A stretch of DNA of 60,569 nt, counting the filler, from Nemertoderma westbladi (taxonomy: Eukaryota; Animalia; Xenacoelomorpha): the NCBI GenBank assembly GCA_032718475.1. It is 2 parts of 2 records of this genome, joined end to end, with 100 filler letters (N's around TTAATTAATTAA, not from the genome) between each part and the next. Parts side by side here need not be neighbours in the genome. Positions count along the whole stretch, not along the records: positions 1 to 29,572 come from JAUCBJ010001432.1; 1 more part is not named here. The stretch is one strand, 5' to 3'. Under the pieces are notes generated by a model. The model was not told the origin of the DNA. It did no database searches and saw only the letters and a list, made by a program, of their open reading frames with translations. Position 1 is the stretch's first letter. Every line of letters starts with the position of its first letter. Positions 9,836 to 23,032 of the stretch are shown here, one piece after another. The position numbers and the translations under genes are program-made.

Positions 9836-11229
9836 CACCAGTTTACTTGATTATTTTTCGCTTTCCATTAATATTTTGACTTCAGGGTTATTTTTTGTAC
9901 TTACGGTGTTTTTGCATTGTACAAGCTGCATGTAAATACATTCGATACAAAGCAAAAGCAAATGTCACAATGACAAAACACCGCAAGTTTGTCAGTTGCG
10001 GTGTTTTTGCATTGTATGAATTTAATGCATAAATTGTGGGGGGGGGGGGGGGGGGGGAACCCCCTGTGGTTTTTAATTTTTAAAATCTTATCGGTAGTAG
10101 GTCTAGTGTTAGGTTTGGGTGAACTCTTTTCGGTAATAGTGGTAACACCATGGTGCTCACTATCTTCTGGATCTTTGTTGAACATGAGACTGGATAAATC
10201 CCGATATGACACTTCCGTTTAGGATACTTTGGGAACATTACTTTGATGTATGTTCCTTCACCTTTGTAACTATTGCATTTGTCAACTGGAGCCACCTCTC
10301 CCCCCTCGAGTTCAAGTGAGTAATCAACCGGAGCCACCTCTCCCCCATCGAGTTCAACTGAGTAACAAAATTTGTTCTACTGTACTTGTATTTTTCGTGC
10401 CGCGCATTGACACATCCAAAAATGGTCTAATCAACAAGATACGATATATTTCAGTGTCATATTCATGATCAGCATCACAAAAAACCATATGGTCATAAAA
10501 TCAATTTGATTTTTTTGTGATATTTCATTATGATATTTGCACTGCTTGTTTTTTTCGTGCCCCAGGGGGCACATTCAAAATTTCAAAAAATGTTCTCTAA
10601 TGTTATATCTGAGTTCTATAATCGTGATTAGCATCCAAAAACCCGCTATATGCAGCAAATAAAATACTTTTAGTGAGCCATAAAAACTTTCGAAAATTTA
10701 GTACAAAAAATACTGAAGATTGGTGCCATTAACGGACCACAGCTCGAAAACTAACATAGCCATTTTAGTTAGGTTTGTTCTATTGGATAGTCCATTAAAT
10801 TTTAGGAAAAGTCACGAAATCTCGGGGTTCCCAATAAACCTGACTCAAAGATACAGATGAATTACAAAAAATAAAAATAAAATAATTATAGAGAAATACT
10901 GTAGGTCAGTGTGCTACTGTATATTCTAGGGCCTACTATTATCATCAATCAACAATACGCAATAAATAATATGAGAACAAAACTGTTACCGCTACAAGGA
11001 TATATAATACTAATTATAATATTAAAATGTAGTCACGTTTACTTACTGTAGGGTTTATGCAATTGCAATGTCTGTTCACTAGTCGGTAGGTTGTTCCGTA
11101 GCCATAGAGCCATATGATGATAATACATGATTTTTATTGCGTCCAGTCCCCCCCCCCCCCCCCCCCCCCCCCTATATGGGCATTCGTGGGCTATCTAGTG
11201 TAACTAAACTGAAATCGAACCTTGCTCTT

Positions 11230-11500
11230 AATTCAATTCAAGTTAAGAAACAGACTTGGTCTCGAATTGGAATCGATTTAATAGGGCCGCTACCGTTGAC
11301 CGTGAAGGGAAATGCGTATATAATGACATGTACGGACTACTTTACTAAATGGCCCGAAGCCAAAGGCTCTTCCTGGAAAAGACTCCCGTTGCGGAATTTC
11401 TGTACGAATTGTTGACTCGCTATGGGGTGGCGGAGATCGTGATGTCAGATCAGGGACGTGAGTTCGTGGCAGAAGTTAATGAACAGCTTTTTACGTATTC
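11230..11500 (+). pseudogene. Gypsy/Ginger-type integrase core fragment, frameshifted
   Basis: WSRIGIDLIGPLP..GNAYIMTCTDYFTKWPEA, then VAEFLYELLTRYGVAEIVMSDQGREF. Confidence 0.85.
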
Positions 11501-11645
11501 ATTAATACCACCCACTGTACATTGTTATGTATCATTGTATATTGTTTATGGTATTCTGGTATACTTTATGATATGTAATAAATAGACCTAATGTAATGTG
11601 TAATGAAATTACAATTGAATCCCTTATTTCAAACCATTAAATCAC

Positions 11646-11771
11646 CGGGGGGCATTCTACGCGGTAGGGGGCCATATGGCGCTAGGCCTATGTGACCCGG
11701 GGGGACATTTGACGCTAGGCGAATATGCCCCCCTGGGCATTCCGCGCGGGGGGACATTTTCGCCTGTGACA
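11646..11771. mobile_element. Putative Ginger-type right terminus (…TGTGACA) with GGGGGACAT subrepeats
   Basis: Repeated GGGG(G)(A)CAT motifs end in GCCTGTGACA just downstream of the integrase fragment. No matching left end was found. Confidence 0.45.
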
Positions 11772-12128
11772 CAGGGTACCTAACCTTTATCGACACAAAA
11801 AGAAGAAATACCACAACCAATTTATTACACAGAGCGACTATTTCCAAAATACATAAACAGCAACAAAAAGTAGTCTCTATCAATCGTCATTCTAGCCCAA
11901 ATATTACAGCATTAACCCTCCTACTGTACTGTACGAACATCGTACATGTTCCATATAGGTTTGATATGCTTTTAAGTTTGCAAAGCCTTCCTCCCCAATG
12001 ACAATTTTCAGTCATTGTTACTTCCTGTCACACCAATTCATGACTATAACACAAGAGGTGCTCTTAGTGAAAATTCATACAGATCTCGTACTATAGGCTA
12101 GCACTCAATCAATATACTAACGAGCAAC

Positions 12129-12450
12129 GTTGTTGCTCATTGTTGTTCGTTTGTTGCTCATTGTTGCTCGTTGTTGCTCATTGTTGCTCGTTAGTCGTTG
12201 TTGCTCATTGTTGTTCGTTGTTGCTCATTGTTGCTCATTGTTGTTCGTTGTTGCTCGTTGTTGCTCATTGTTGCTCATTGTTACTCGTTGTTGTACTTTA
12301 TTATTGCTCGTTGTTGCTCATTGTTACTCGTTAATTGATGCTCGTTGTTGCTTATTGTTGCTCGTTGTTGCTCATTATTGCTCGTTGTAGCTCATTGTTG
12401 CTCGTTGTTGCTCATTGTTGCTCCTTGTTGTTGGTCATTGTTGCTCGTTG
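12129..12450. repeat. 10-bp microsatellite (TTGTTGCTC[A/G])n
   Basis: Directly visible tandem array. Confidence 0.95.
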
Positions 12451-12655
12451 TGCATTTTAGCACCTACCGGGCCTAATACTGTACAGTAATAATTGATTAA
12501 TAGCACAATACTGAACAGTGCTTGAGTCAGGGAATACAGAATACTGGAATAGGCTTATTTCTTTATTTAATACTGTCTGACTCTCAGACTCTAGGCCTAA
12601 TATAAAATATTTCGGTACAGCAGTATTAACAGAGCAAATTTCAACAGACGACAGA

Positions 12656-14471
12656 ATGACCGTGTTCCGGACACCGGTGGCTATCTTAGCTATGTATTCT
12701 TTACTACCCATTCTACTTCTCCATGTCAACAATATTGTAGCAGAAGAAGATACTGGTGATACGTGGGTGTCAGTCGTTATATCAGAAAAGGATCCAAATA
12801 AACCAAAACTAAGGATTGCGGACACTACTGATGCCGATGGTTGGGTTGGATCTACGAGTCGTCAACTATTTTACGGCTGGATTAATAATCAAGTTAAAAT
12901 GAAATGTCAGAATAACGTTGATTCATCAAGGTAGGTAAACCAAGCCATCCCGCTCCCGAACCGCCACCAACTGACCAGGGCACAAGGTCTGAAGGTTGCA
13001 AAATACCGGTATCATCATATTCCAGTATGCCCAATTCCTATTCGGGGGTGTATTCATAATCATAACTGCAAGCTGCAAGCACTGAAGCAGCAAGCAAGCC
13101 TAGGCAGCCAGGCAGCTAGGCCTATTGTTAGATTGGTGTATTACAGTACAGTATTATTCAGTTATTGCATGCTATAAAAATGTAAAACTAACAGCGTGAT
13201 ACTGGTATAGGCCTAGTCTAACTAAATACAGAAATAACTACCTGCTTCGTAGGCATAGATAGATAGTTCATAGTTACAGTACAGTGTACAGAGTTACTGG
13301 TGTTAGCATAGTGGCTAGACCTGTACCGGTAGACACCGGCGACCGGCCCGGCATTCCGACTCGACCGGTATATCCTGATACAAACTGACCTGGCAGGATA
13401 AAAGTAGGGCTAATTACCGGTAATGCGGAGATAATTTTCTTTTTTGTAAACTTTAAATACAGTGCAGAGATAGTTAACTTTTTTTTGTAAACGTTACTTT
13501 AGTTTACAGCTGTACAGGGAGCCATGCAGTGTGGATACCACCGGGAGTGCACAGGAGTGTTTTGTGTTACTGTCAGACTATTTAGGCATATCGCATATCA
13601 TATATTAATTATTACCGTCTGACCGTTACATATGTATTATCAGTTCATGCAGTCATGTACCTGTGTTAGTATTGATTTACTACAGATACGCCTAATTTAA
13701 GGCCTACCTTCTTCATTGAATTTCAGCGACAATTCGACTGGCCTAGAAAAGAAATGCTTCGACCCGGGTACTGATACTACGTGTCCAGTCCGATACGAAT
13801 CGTTCGAGGATTATCCTCAAGGTTTGTCTAATAAATATATTCAAATCTGTCGATGCAGTTATTGTATCTGATAAGTTATAATTATAAAGAATGACTATAA
13901 ATTCTTAAGCTATAATAACTAAATTTCGACTTATTAAATAAGATAGGTAAAATCTTTACATTTTTTAAACTAGTGAAATAAAGTAATCTATTTATATAAA
14001 ACATTCCTTTCTTTCACTGAGTTTTTTGCAAACATCCGTGTGAGGTTTTTCAGATACAATTTAATTATGAACTACCGGTACACAAGATTCCTGTGTACAA
14101 CTGTACTAGCGGTATTATATTAATTATATTTAGATATTAGTATTGGTATCCAAGAAAAGTTCAACGTTATTCACTCCGATGATTGTAAAATAACCCGTGA
14201 GGCCTTACAGGATATTCTAGAACGAGCAGCCAACAACACCGATACCGTCGAAGATAATGTTACCTGGAAGGTGGCCTACGTTTACCCGCCGAAGCACGGC
14301 TACTACATGGATAGCGTTATGATACCGGTAGCAATGTGTATGTTCGTCGCGGTTGTCATTCTCGCTATAGCGTCCTACCTGACTTCTAACTATCGACGCC
14401 GTAAGGAAAGGAAGGAACGCGCACACAAAGCTGGCGAGGGTATCCTATTAGTGAAGGCGCAGCCGGCGTGA
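12656..14471 (+). CDS. Three-exon orphan type-I membrane protein, 235 aa (exons 12656-12930, 13727-13821, 14134-14471)
   Basis: Splice sites AG|GTAGGT, TTTCAG|C, G|GTTTGT and ATTTAG|AT give compatible phases (2, then 1) and a 708-nt open frame. Protein: signal peptide, ectodomain with four Cys and N-glycosylation sequons, TM segment VMIPVAMCMFVAVVILAIASYL, basic stop-transfer RRRKERK. Confidence 0.78.
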
Positions 14472-15397
14472 GGAGTTGGAGGTTGATATGGTGGACAATC
14501 ATATCGAAGTTATCGCGTTAACACTACGAGAGCAGCCGGTTATTATTAATTTCTATCAACTTAGGAACGGGGCCTATTTATAATTCTCTACTATATAATA
14601 TTATTTTATATTATTTCTAGTCAAATATATAAATTTTTTGTACTTGTAATTCATAAACTAATTACTACCGGTATGTTTAAAGATTTACAAGATTTCGGCC
14701 TTTATGTAAATGTAATTATTAGAAGTTTATCAGAACGTATTCGGTTGTTAGTCGATTAGTTGACGTCTAAAAGACGAAACTTATTTGAATAATTTATTAT
14801 TATACTAGTTCATAAATATAAAGCATGGGGGTGCGCTTTGCATGAATTTAATCTCAGTGCAAGTAATTGTGATGCAGTAATTAATTGTAGTCAATATTGC
14901 TATTGCAATGGGTAATTATTTTGTGTTTAATATTTTGCGACTTAAACTCCACAGTTCCTGCCTGTAGCTTCTCTTGTTGTATTAACTTTTTTGCGTAATC
15001 TGTGATGGTATTTATTCATTTTTTTCTTACGTCCACATAATTTATTAAACTGGTTTTCGTTTCGGTATTTTTTCAAGGCATTCGAATATATATCTCCTTA
15101 TATTACACCGTTTGTGCTGTGCGCGCAGCCCATGGGTTTTTTTTGCGTCGAGAAACCCTCCAAGCTTCCACCAACCAATGTAGATTCAATTTGGTATCTT
15201 TACTAACCTTTAGCTTTCTACAGTTTTTATATGCAGCATTAATTGGTGCCCCATCTTAGGATTTCGTTGTTTCGAACCGTCTCTCTCCTTTTGTGCTTAG
15301 ATTTCTGCTCGGTTTAATTAAAATTAACAATGTGCCAATTGTATAGAGATGGCAATTTAATTATTGTAGTAGTAAAATATCAGAACACACATGGTTG

Positions 15398-18300
15398 ATA
15401 AATTACTTGTTGGTGTAGGCACAATAAATTACTTGTTGGTGTAGGCACAATAAATTACTTGTTGGTGTAGCCACAATAAATTACTTGTTGGTGTAGCCAC
15501 AATAAATTACTTGTTGGTGTAGCCACAATAAATTACTTGTTGGTGTAGGTACAATAAATTACTTGTTGGTGTAGGCACAATAAATTACTTGTTGGTGTAG
15601 CCACAATAAATTACTTGTTGGTGTAGCCACAATAAATTACTTGTTGGTGTAGCCACAATAAATTACTTGTTGGTGTAGGCACAATAAATTACTTGTTGGT
15701 GTAGCCACAATAAATTACTTGTTGGTGTAGCCACAATAAATTACTTGTTGGTGTAGCCACAATAAATTACTTGTTGGTGTAGGCACAATAAATTACTTGT
15801 TGGTGTAGCCACAATAAATTACTTGTTGGTGTAGCCACAATAAATTACTTGTTGGTGTAGCCACAATAAATTACTTGTTGGTGTAGCCACAATAAATTAC
15901 TTGTTGGTGTAGGCACAATAAATTACTTGTTGGTCTAGCCACAATAAATTTATTGTTGGTGTAGCCACAATAAATTTATTGTTGGTGTAGCCACAATAAA
16001 TTACTTGTTGGTGAAGCCACAATAAATTACTTGTTGGTGTAGCCACAATAAATTTATTGTTGGTGTAGCCACAATAAATTTATTGTTGGTGTAGCCACAA
16101 TAAATTACTTGTTGGTGTAGCCACAATAAATTTATTGTTGGTGTAGCCACATTAAATTTATTGTTGGTGTAGCCACAATAAATTTATTGTTGGTGTAGAC
16201 ACAATAAATTTATTGTTGGTGTAGCCACAATAAATTACTTGTTGGTGAAGCCACAATAAATTACTTGTTGGTGTAGCCACAATAAATTTATTGTTGGTGT
16301 AGCCACAATAAATTTATTGTTGGTGTAGCCACAATAAATTACTTGTTGGTGTAGCCACAATAAATTTATTGTTGGTGTAGCCACAATAAATTTATTGTTG
16401 GTGTAGCCACAATAAATTTATTGTTGGTGTAGACACAATAAATTTATTGTTGGTGTAGCCACAATAAATTACTTGTTGGTGTAGCCACAATAAATTTATT
16501 GTTGGTGTAGCCACAATAAATTTATTGTTGGTGTAGCCACAATAAATTACTTGTTGGTGTAGCCACAATAAATTTATTGTTGGTGTAGCCACAATAAATT
16601 ACTTGTTGGTGTAGCCACAATAAATTACTTGTTGGTGTAGCCACAATAAATTTATTGTTGGTGTAGCCACAATAAATTTATTGTTGGTGTAGCCACAATA
16701 AATTACTTGTTGGTGTAGCCACAATAAATTACTTGTTGGTGTAGCCACAATAAATTTATTGTTGGTGTAGCCACAATAAATTACTTGTTGGTGTAGCCAC
16801 AATAAATTTATTGTTGGTGTAGCCACAATAAATTACTTGTTAGTGTAGCCACAATAAATTTATTGTTGCTGTAGCCACAATAAATTACTTGTTGGTGTAG
16901 CCACAATAAATTTATTGTTGGTGTAGCCACAATAAATTACTCGTTGGTGTAGCCACAATAAATTACTTGTTGGTGTAGCCACAATAAATTTATTGTTGGT
17001 GTAGCCACAATAAATTTATTGTTGGTGTAGCCACAATAAATTACTTGTTGGTGTAGCCACAATAAATTACTTGTTGGTGTAGCCACAATAAATTTATTGT
17101 TGGTGTAGCCACAATAAATTACTTGTTGGTGTAGCCACAATAAATTTATTGTTGGTGTAGCCACAATAAATTACTTGTTAGTGTAGCCACAATAAATTTA
17201 TTGTTGCTGTAGCCACAATAAATTACTTGTTGGTGTAGCCACAATAAATTTATTGTTGGTGTAGCCACAATAAATTACTTGTTGGTGTAGCCACAATAAA
17301 TTACTTGTTGGTGTATGTAGCCACAATAAATTACTTGTTGGTGTTCCCACAATAAATTTATTGTTGGTGTAGCCACAATAAATTACTTGTTGGTGTAGCC
17401 ACAATAAATTTATTGTTGGTGTAGCCACAATAAATTACTTGTTGGTGTAGCCACAATAAATTTATTGTTGGTGTAGCCACAATAAATTACTTGTTGGTGT
17501 AGCCACAATAAATTTATTGTTGCTGTAGCCACAATAAATTACTTGTTGGTGTAGCCACAATAAATTTATTGTTGGTGTAGCCACAATAAATTACTTGTTG
17601 GTGTAGCCACAATAAATTACTTGTTGGTGTAGCCACAATAAATTACTTGTTGGTCTAGCCACAATAAATTACTTGTTGGTGTATGTAGCCACAATAAATT
17701 ACTTGTTGGTGTAGCCACAATAAATTTATTGTTGGTGTAGCCACAATAAATTACTTGTTGGTGTAGCCACAATAAATTTATTGTTGGTGTAGCCACAATA
17801 AATTACTTGTTGGTGTAGCCACAATAAATTTATTGTTGCTGTAGCCACAATAAATTACTTGTTGGTGTAGCCACAATAAATTTATTGTTGGTGTAGCCAC
17901 AATAAATTACTTGTTGGTGTAGCCACAATAAATTTATTGTTGGTGTAGCCACAATAAATTACTTGTTGGTGTAGCCACAATAAATTTATTGTTGGTGTAG
18001 CCACAATAAATTACTTGTTGGTGTAGCCACAATAAATTTATTGTTGCTGTAGCCACAATAAATTACTTGTTGGTGTAGCCACAATAAATTTATTGTTGGT
18101 GTAGCCACAATAAATTACTTGTTGGTGTAGCCACAATAAATTACTTGTTGGTGTAGCCACAATAAATTACTTGTTGGTCTAGCCACAATAAATTACTTGT
18201 TGGTGTATGTAGCCACAATAAATTACTTGTTGGTGTAGCCACAATAAATTTATTGTTGGTGTAGCCACAATAAATTACTTGTTGGTGTAGCCACAATAAA

Positions 18301-18538
18301 TTACTTGTTGGTGTAGCCACAATAAATTACTTGTTGGTGTAGCCACAATAAATTTATTGTTGCTGTAGCCACAATAAATTACTTGTTGGTGTAGCCACAA
18401 TAAATTTATTGTTGGTGTAGCCACAATAAATTTATTGTTGGTGTAGCCACAATAAATTACTTGTTGGTGTAGCCACAATAAAGTACTTGTTGGTGTATGT
18501 AGCCACAATAAATTTATTGTTGGTGTAGCCACAATAAA
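15398..18538. repeat. 26-bp satellite, about 120 copies (AATAAATT[AC/TA]TTGTTGGTGTAGCCAC)
   Basis: Directly visible array with two main variants and rare diagnostic variants. Confidence 0.98.
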
Positions 18539-19445
18539 TATCCGCTGCCAGTGTAGAATATAATTTGTAAAGTAAGTCACTATCAGATAGTGTTAGAACT
18601 GGTGTCGGGTGGAATCAATTTTATTGCTACATAATAAATACCTGGAGTAATATATTATCTACATAATACTATATTACGGTGTTCTTTCTGATATTATCAT
18701 AATCGATTTTGTAATTAACGTACGGTAGCGTAGCATTGGTAATTTGTTAATTTATCTGTTTTCATTCGAGTGATTTGTTTCAAGCCGAACGCAGTGAATG
18801 TGTGCAAATATGGCGCAGATCGGAAAGTAGTTTTTTTTTCGAAATTGTAACATTACGATTACGAAACAACTACAGAAACTTGACCACTTACCGGTACCGG
18901 TAAGTCTGAGAGTTAGTTAGGCAGCAGCTCTGCTTTCATGTGTATCAGAGGTTACCGTAGAAACGATATTGCATGCATTAATTACTCGGCGTTGTGTTTA
19001 TAATCAAGGCCATAAAGTATTGTTTACATTTTTTAATAACGTAATTAATATTAATATAATAGGCCTCCTATTATTACTGAGTTTAGTATCTTTTACTCTT
19101 GTCTAACTGCCTTATCTTTTAGTATATATAATTATTATATTGCCCTAAACTAGATTCTCTGAGATATAAATGATTCGTTTATATTACAACCGGGTTTGTT
19201 TTACTTTTTTTACTTTTGGTTATTGTTTTTCTACTTTAGTTGTTGGTGTTGCTAATGCGTTGCCAAGTTACCTTAAATCTTAATTATCGATAATATTAAT
19301 TTAAATTACCAATAGAAAAAATATACGTCGCGAAGTTTCATATTCTATAACCTTTACAATTTTATTCATAAATAATAATTGATATAAATAATATAATAAT
19401 AGTTAGCTTAGATACCAACATGTCTAGTCGATAAGAAAATAATTC

Positions 19446-19609
19446 CGACACAAGAATGGGCCTAGAGTGATTCCTAAAAATACTAACCGACACAAGAATG
19501 GTCCTAGAGTGATTCCTAAAAATACTAACCGACACAAGAATGGGCCTAGAGTGATTCCTAAAAATACTAACCGACACAAGAATGGGCCTAGAGTGATTCC
19601 TAAAAATAC
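19446..19609. repeat. 42-bp tandem repeat, about 4 copies
   Basis: CCGACACAAGAATGGGCCTAGAGTGATTCCTAAAAATACTAA repeated. Confidence 0.95.
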
Positions 19610-20602
19610 TTGCGATACTTCTTCAGATAACCGACATTATATGTCCTACATTGTAGCTTTTAAGCAGTCCAGTATCACGTATGGGACAAAACAATTGAAC
19701 CACCGGGAAATTATGAATTTACGTAGGCCGATTATTTACAATAAATTGTTCTGTTTGTATTATTTACAACACTACAGTAGTGCCTTAAAGCCTAAAAGAT
19801 TCTCATGATTCTCTACGGCAATCCAAATGTAGATTGTAAAATTTAGAGGTTTTTTGTATCTACGATCAAATATTTCCATTCGGATCACATGATTGACAAT
19901 TTTACATAAATAAAATAGCAACTGAGTTTCAAGCCCATGGGACTTAGCTCTTAAGAGCTTAAGGGGACCATTATCTCCAATGAAAGTAACATTTTCCAAT
20001 TACGGAATTTTCAAAAATACATTTTCATATATTTTTGTAGTTTGATAGAAGGGCTTTCATGTGGTGACATCGGTTTTCACCACAGAGTGATTTTTTCACT
20101 ATTAAACAGCACTTTTCAAAAATTTGAAATTTTTTATTATATAAAAAAAATTTATCCCAGGTAACGTCAGAGTCTAAAAATGCACATAATATTTGTGTAA
20201 AAAAAAACAATAGTCTTATGACTGATATTCATTCATTCTCTTTTAAATCAAGCTTACCTCAGTTTGTAAATTTTTGACATTTTTCATCACTAAATTCCCT
20301 ACATCTTTTTTATTTTTCTTATTATATTTTATACAATTGTCATCAAACAGATACAAACATGTTCAGTCGCTTTGGGGCTACAATTAGTGAGTTTTTGTAG
20401 AACATGGCCATTTGGATGTTCTACTGTAGAATCGATTTTGTAACTGATACCCTTTGTCTATCACAAAATGTACGATCACCAAAATATAGTCAGAACATAC
20501 TAAAGCCCCATTAATTTTTAAAAAACTATAATTTTTCGCTGAAATATTTTCATAAAAGATCGTCTACATATCTACTGTAGGTCCATTGTGCGAAACTCTT
20601 GG

Positions 20603-20865
20603 ACCGAAGATGGGACGAAGGTCCGAATGAGACGAAGGTCCGAATGAGACGAAGGTCCGAATGAGACGAAGGTCCGAATGGGACGAAGGTCCGAATGGGA
20701 CGAAGGTCCGAATGATACGAAGGTCCGAATAAGACGAAGGTCCGAATGAGACGAAGGTCCGAATGATACGAAGGTCCGAATGAGACGAAGGTCCGAATAA
20801 GACGAAGGTCCGAATGAGACGAAGGTCCGAATGAGACGAAGGTCCGAATGGAATGAAGGTCCGAA
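20603..20865. repeat. 17-bp tandem repeat (GAAGGTCCGAATGAGAC)n, possibly the subterminal array of a DNA transposon
   Basis: About 15 copies are directly visible. The transposon link is inference by analogy with other arrays in the window. Confidence 0.9.
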
Positions 20866-21988
20866 AAAATAGACCCAATCGACTCTATGCTAGGACGAGT
20901 TACCTGGCAGAACTTTCTCTTCAAAAGTAGTCGATGAGAGCTCCTTTATTCGGTCTGTCCCACCTGAATTGACTGGTAGGTAATTTCTCATCATATTCCA
21001 CTACTGGTGCTAAACTGCATCCAACTTAAAATGTTCTCATCTTTCCTTGAACTTCTGATCGTTTGATTTCGCCATTGTATTGTGTGTACTAATGTTTGAA
21101 AACAGCGATGGAAAAATTAGTAAAAAAATATAGGAGCCTACCTTATGTGGTTCTGTTACTGAAAAATAATCTCGTTATCATAATGGACAAAGATATTTTA
21201 TATTTTAGGGCTGGACTGGATACAGTTCTGGAATATGCCTTTGCACTGTACACTGCAGTTATTATGCATTATATAAATGAAATAGTGTCAGACGTTACTG
21301 AAAATCCATCACCGTCATCACATCCTAGAATTATGTTAGCCTGGATTTAATAGCCAAAAAGACACCATCTTGCGTCGGCATTGAGTCATTCGTATTTCGA
21401 TGTGGAGGAACATTCAATAGGCAAGTATTTGGGAAAAATGTAAAGGAAATGTCGGACGTTACAATTGGAGACAGGACGAACTTCCTTGAATGAACGGATT
21501 CGATGTAAATTACCAATTTCGTAGATTTGGTCAAAATATGTAACAGTCACTCATATTTGTATTTTATTTTACTTCCTTCCGTCTAACAACGCACAGTTAC
21601 CTATCGGTATCAATTTCAAAATTTCGACAAGATCGATCTCAAAAATTTAATTCTCTACGAACTTGCTCATTTCCCTCTTACAAATATTATGGCATGCTAT
21701 AACTGGATATAATTGTACCTACTGAACCTTAACATTTATTATTTTATTAATTGCAAAGCTTCTATTTTATCATATTACCGGGCCTACCAAATATTCACCA
21801 CTTTTCTAGCTTTTGAGCTCCAACGGCGTGAATATTTTCTAACACATAACACATCCTACTGTATCTTGGGTTCCATAGCCTTTACACTTACAGTTGAGAA
21901 AATGTTGTGCACACAAATCATGGCCAGGATCTATAAACTGAGAATAAAGGACGGTAGGTTTAATCATTACTTTTATGGGTTTTACTTT

Positions 21989-22082
21989 AGTAACAGCGGA
22001 GTGCATGGATGCTGCCTTTTACTACCCCCTGTAAAGTAACAGCGGAGTGCATGGATGCTGCCTTTTACTACCCCCTGTAAAA
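21989..22082. repeat. Near-perfect ~46-bp tandem duplication
   Basis: AGTAACAGCGGAGTGCATGGATGCTGCCTTTTACTACCCCCTGTAAA twice. Confidence 0.9.
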
Positions 22083-23032
22083 GATCAACGATTTACGTGA
22101 GAACAAAAATTACTGAAGCAGATTGATAAAAGACTACATATAATTTCGTTTGTTAATTACCCAGAGATAAAGTTGTTTAGATAAAGTGCCATAATCAATT
22201 AATTCGGACACCATTATGGTCCACCACTATGTCATATAGGCAAATAAATGCCTAAAACATTATTTATTATTTATTTATTTGGCCTATTAATTATTCAACT
22301 TTAATTAGAGTAGCCAGCCTACGAATAATATCAACAATAACTAGACAGTAAAACACTGAGTACGAGTACTTTAGCTTGACATTATTTCCTCAATTTTCCA
22401 TAGCCCTTTTTGTGCCCTAAATAATCTCGATTTCTATTATGTCTTTTTAGTTCTCTCGTAATATTTTTTTCACTAAATGACACACAAAAAGCTGCAATTA
22501 TCTATTTATATACCAAAATATTAACGCCGTAAAGCGGGGGCTCCAACCATCGCGGATGCGTCAAGATTATAAGATTGGTAGCATAGTGTAGGATCGAAAA
22601 CAAGAACAACCACAACTCGGACTCGGACCTATTTTTGGGACGCGTCCAAATTCTAGAAAGCTGTGAATTCTATGAGGAGAGCCCCAACCCAAGCGAATTA
22701 CTACACCCAGAGTGACTAATATTATTATTATTGTTATTAGTGGATATTATAATAAATGCAGTCTTTAACTTATAACCGGCTCAAAGTATCATTACAGGTA
22801 ATATAGCATTGCCAGTAAACAAACATATTATGTTGTAGGTGGTTTATATTTTATTCATTAGCGTTTGTGACGCGTCCGCTTGTGGCATCTGCGCTGGTTG
22901 GGGCTCCACCTTTAGCATCAACAGAGGCAGCTATATAGACAAACTTGTTGGTCTGTTCGTCTGGAGCTTTGAAACCAACCATTGTGAATTTATCCAAGAT
23001 TCGGAAATTTGACAGGGTTATATTGCCCTCAG

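Noticed and set aside
12130-12390. Cys/Leu-rich hydrophobic ORFs
   Set aside because: Translation of a 10-bp microsatellite.
14211-14471. Alternative acceptor TTACAG at 14210 for the last exon
   Set aside because: With the phase-1 donor at 13821 it leads to an early stop; the acceptor at 14133 keeps the frame through the TM segment.
16392-18580. Repeated 'MATPTINLLWLHQQ' ORFs
   Set aside because: Artefacts of the 26-bp satellite.
19959-20515. Kolobok-like MITE starting ttaa|GGGGACC
   Set aside because: The candidate right end (GCCCC-ATTAA) does not give a convincing inverted repeat.
19362-20924. Repetitive ORFs at 19.4 kb and 20.6 kb
   Set aside because: Translations of the 42-bp and 17-bp tandem repeats, with no protein-like features.
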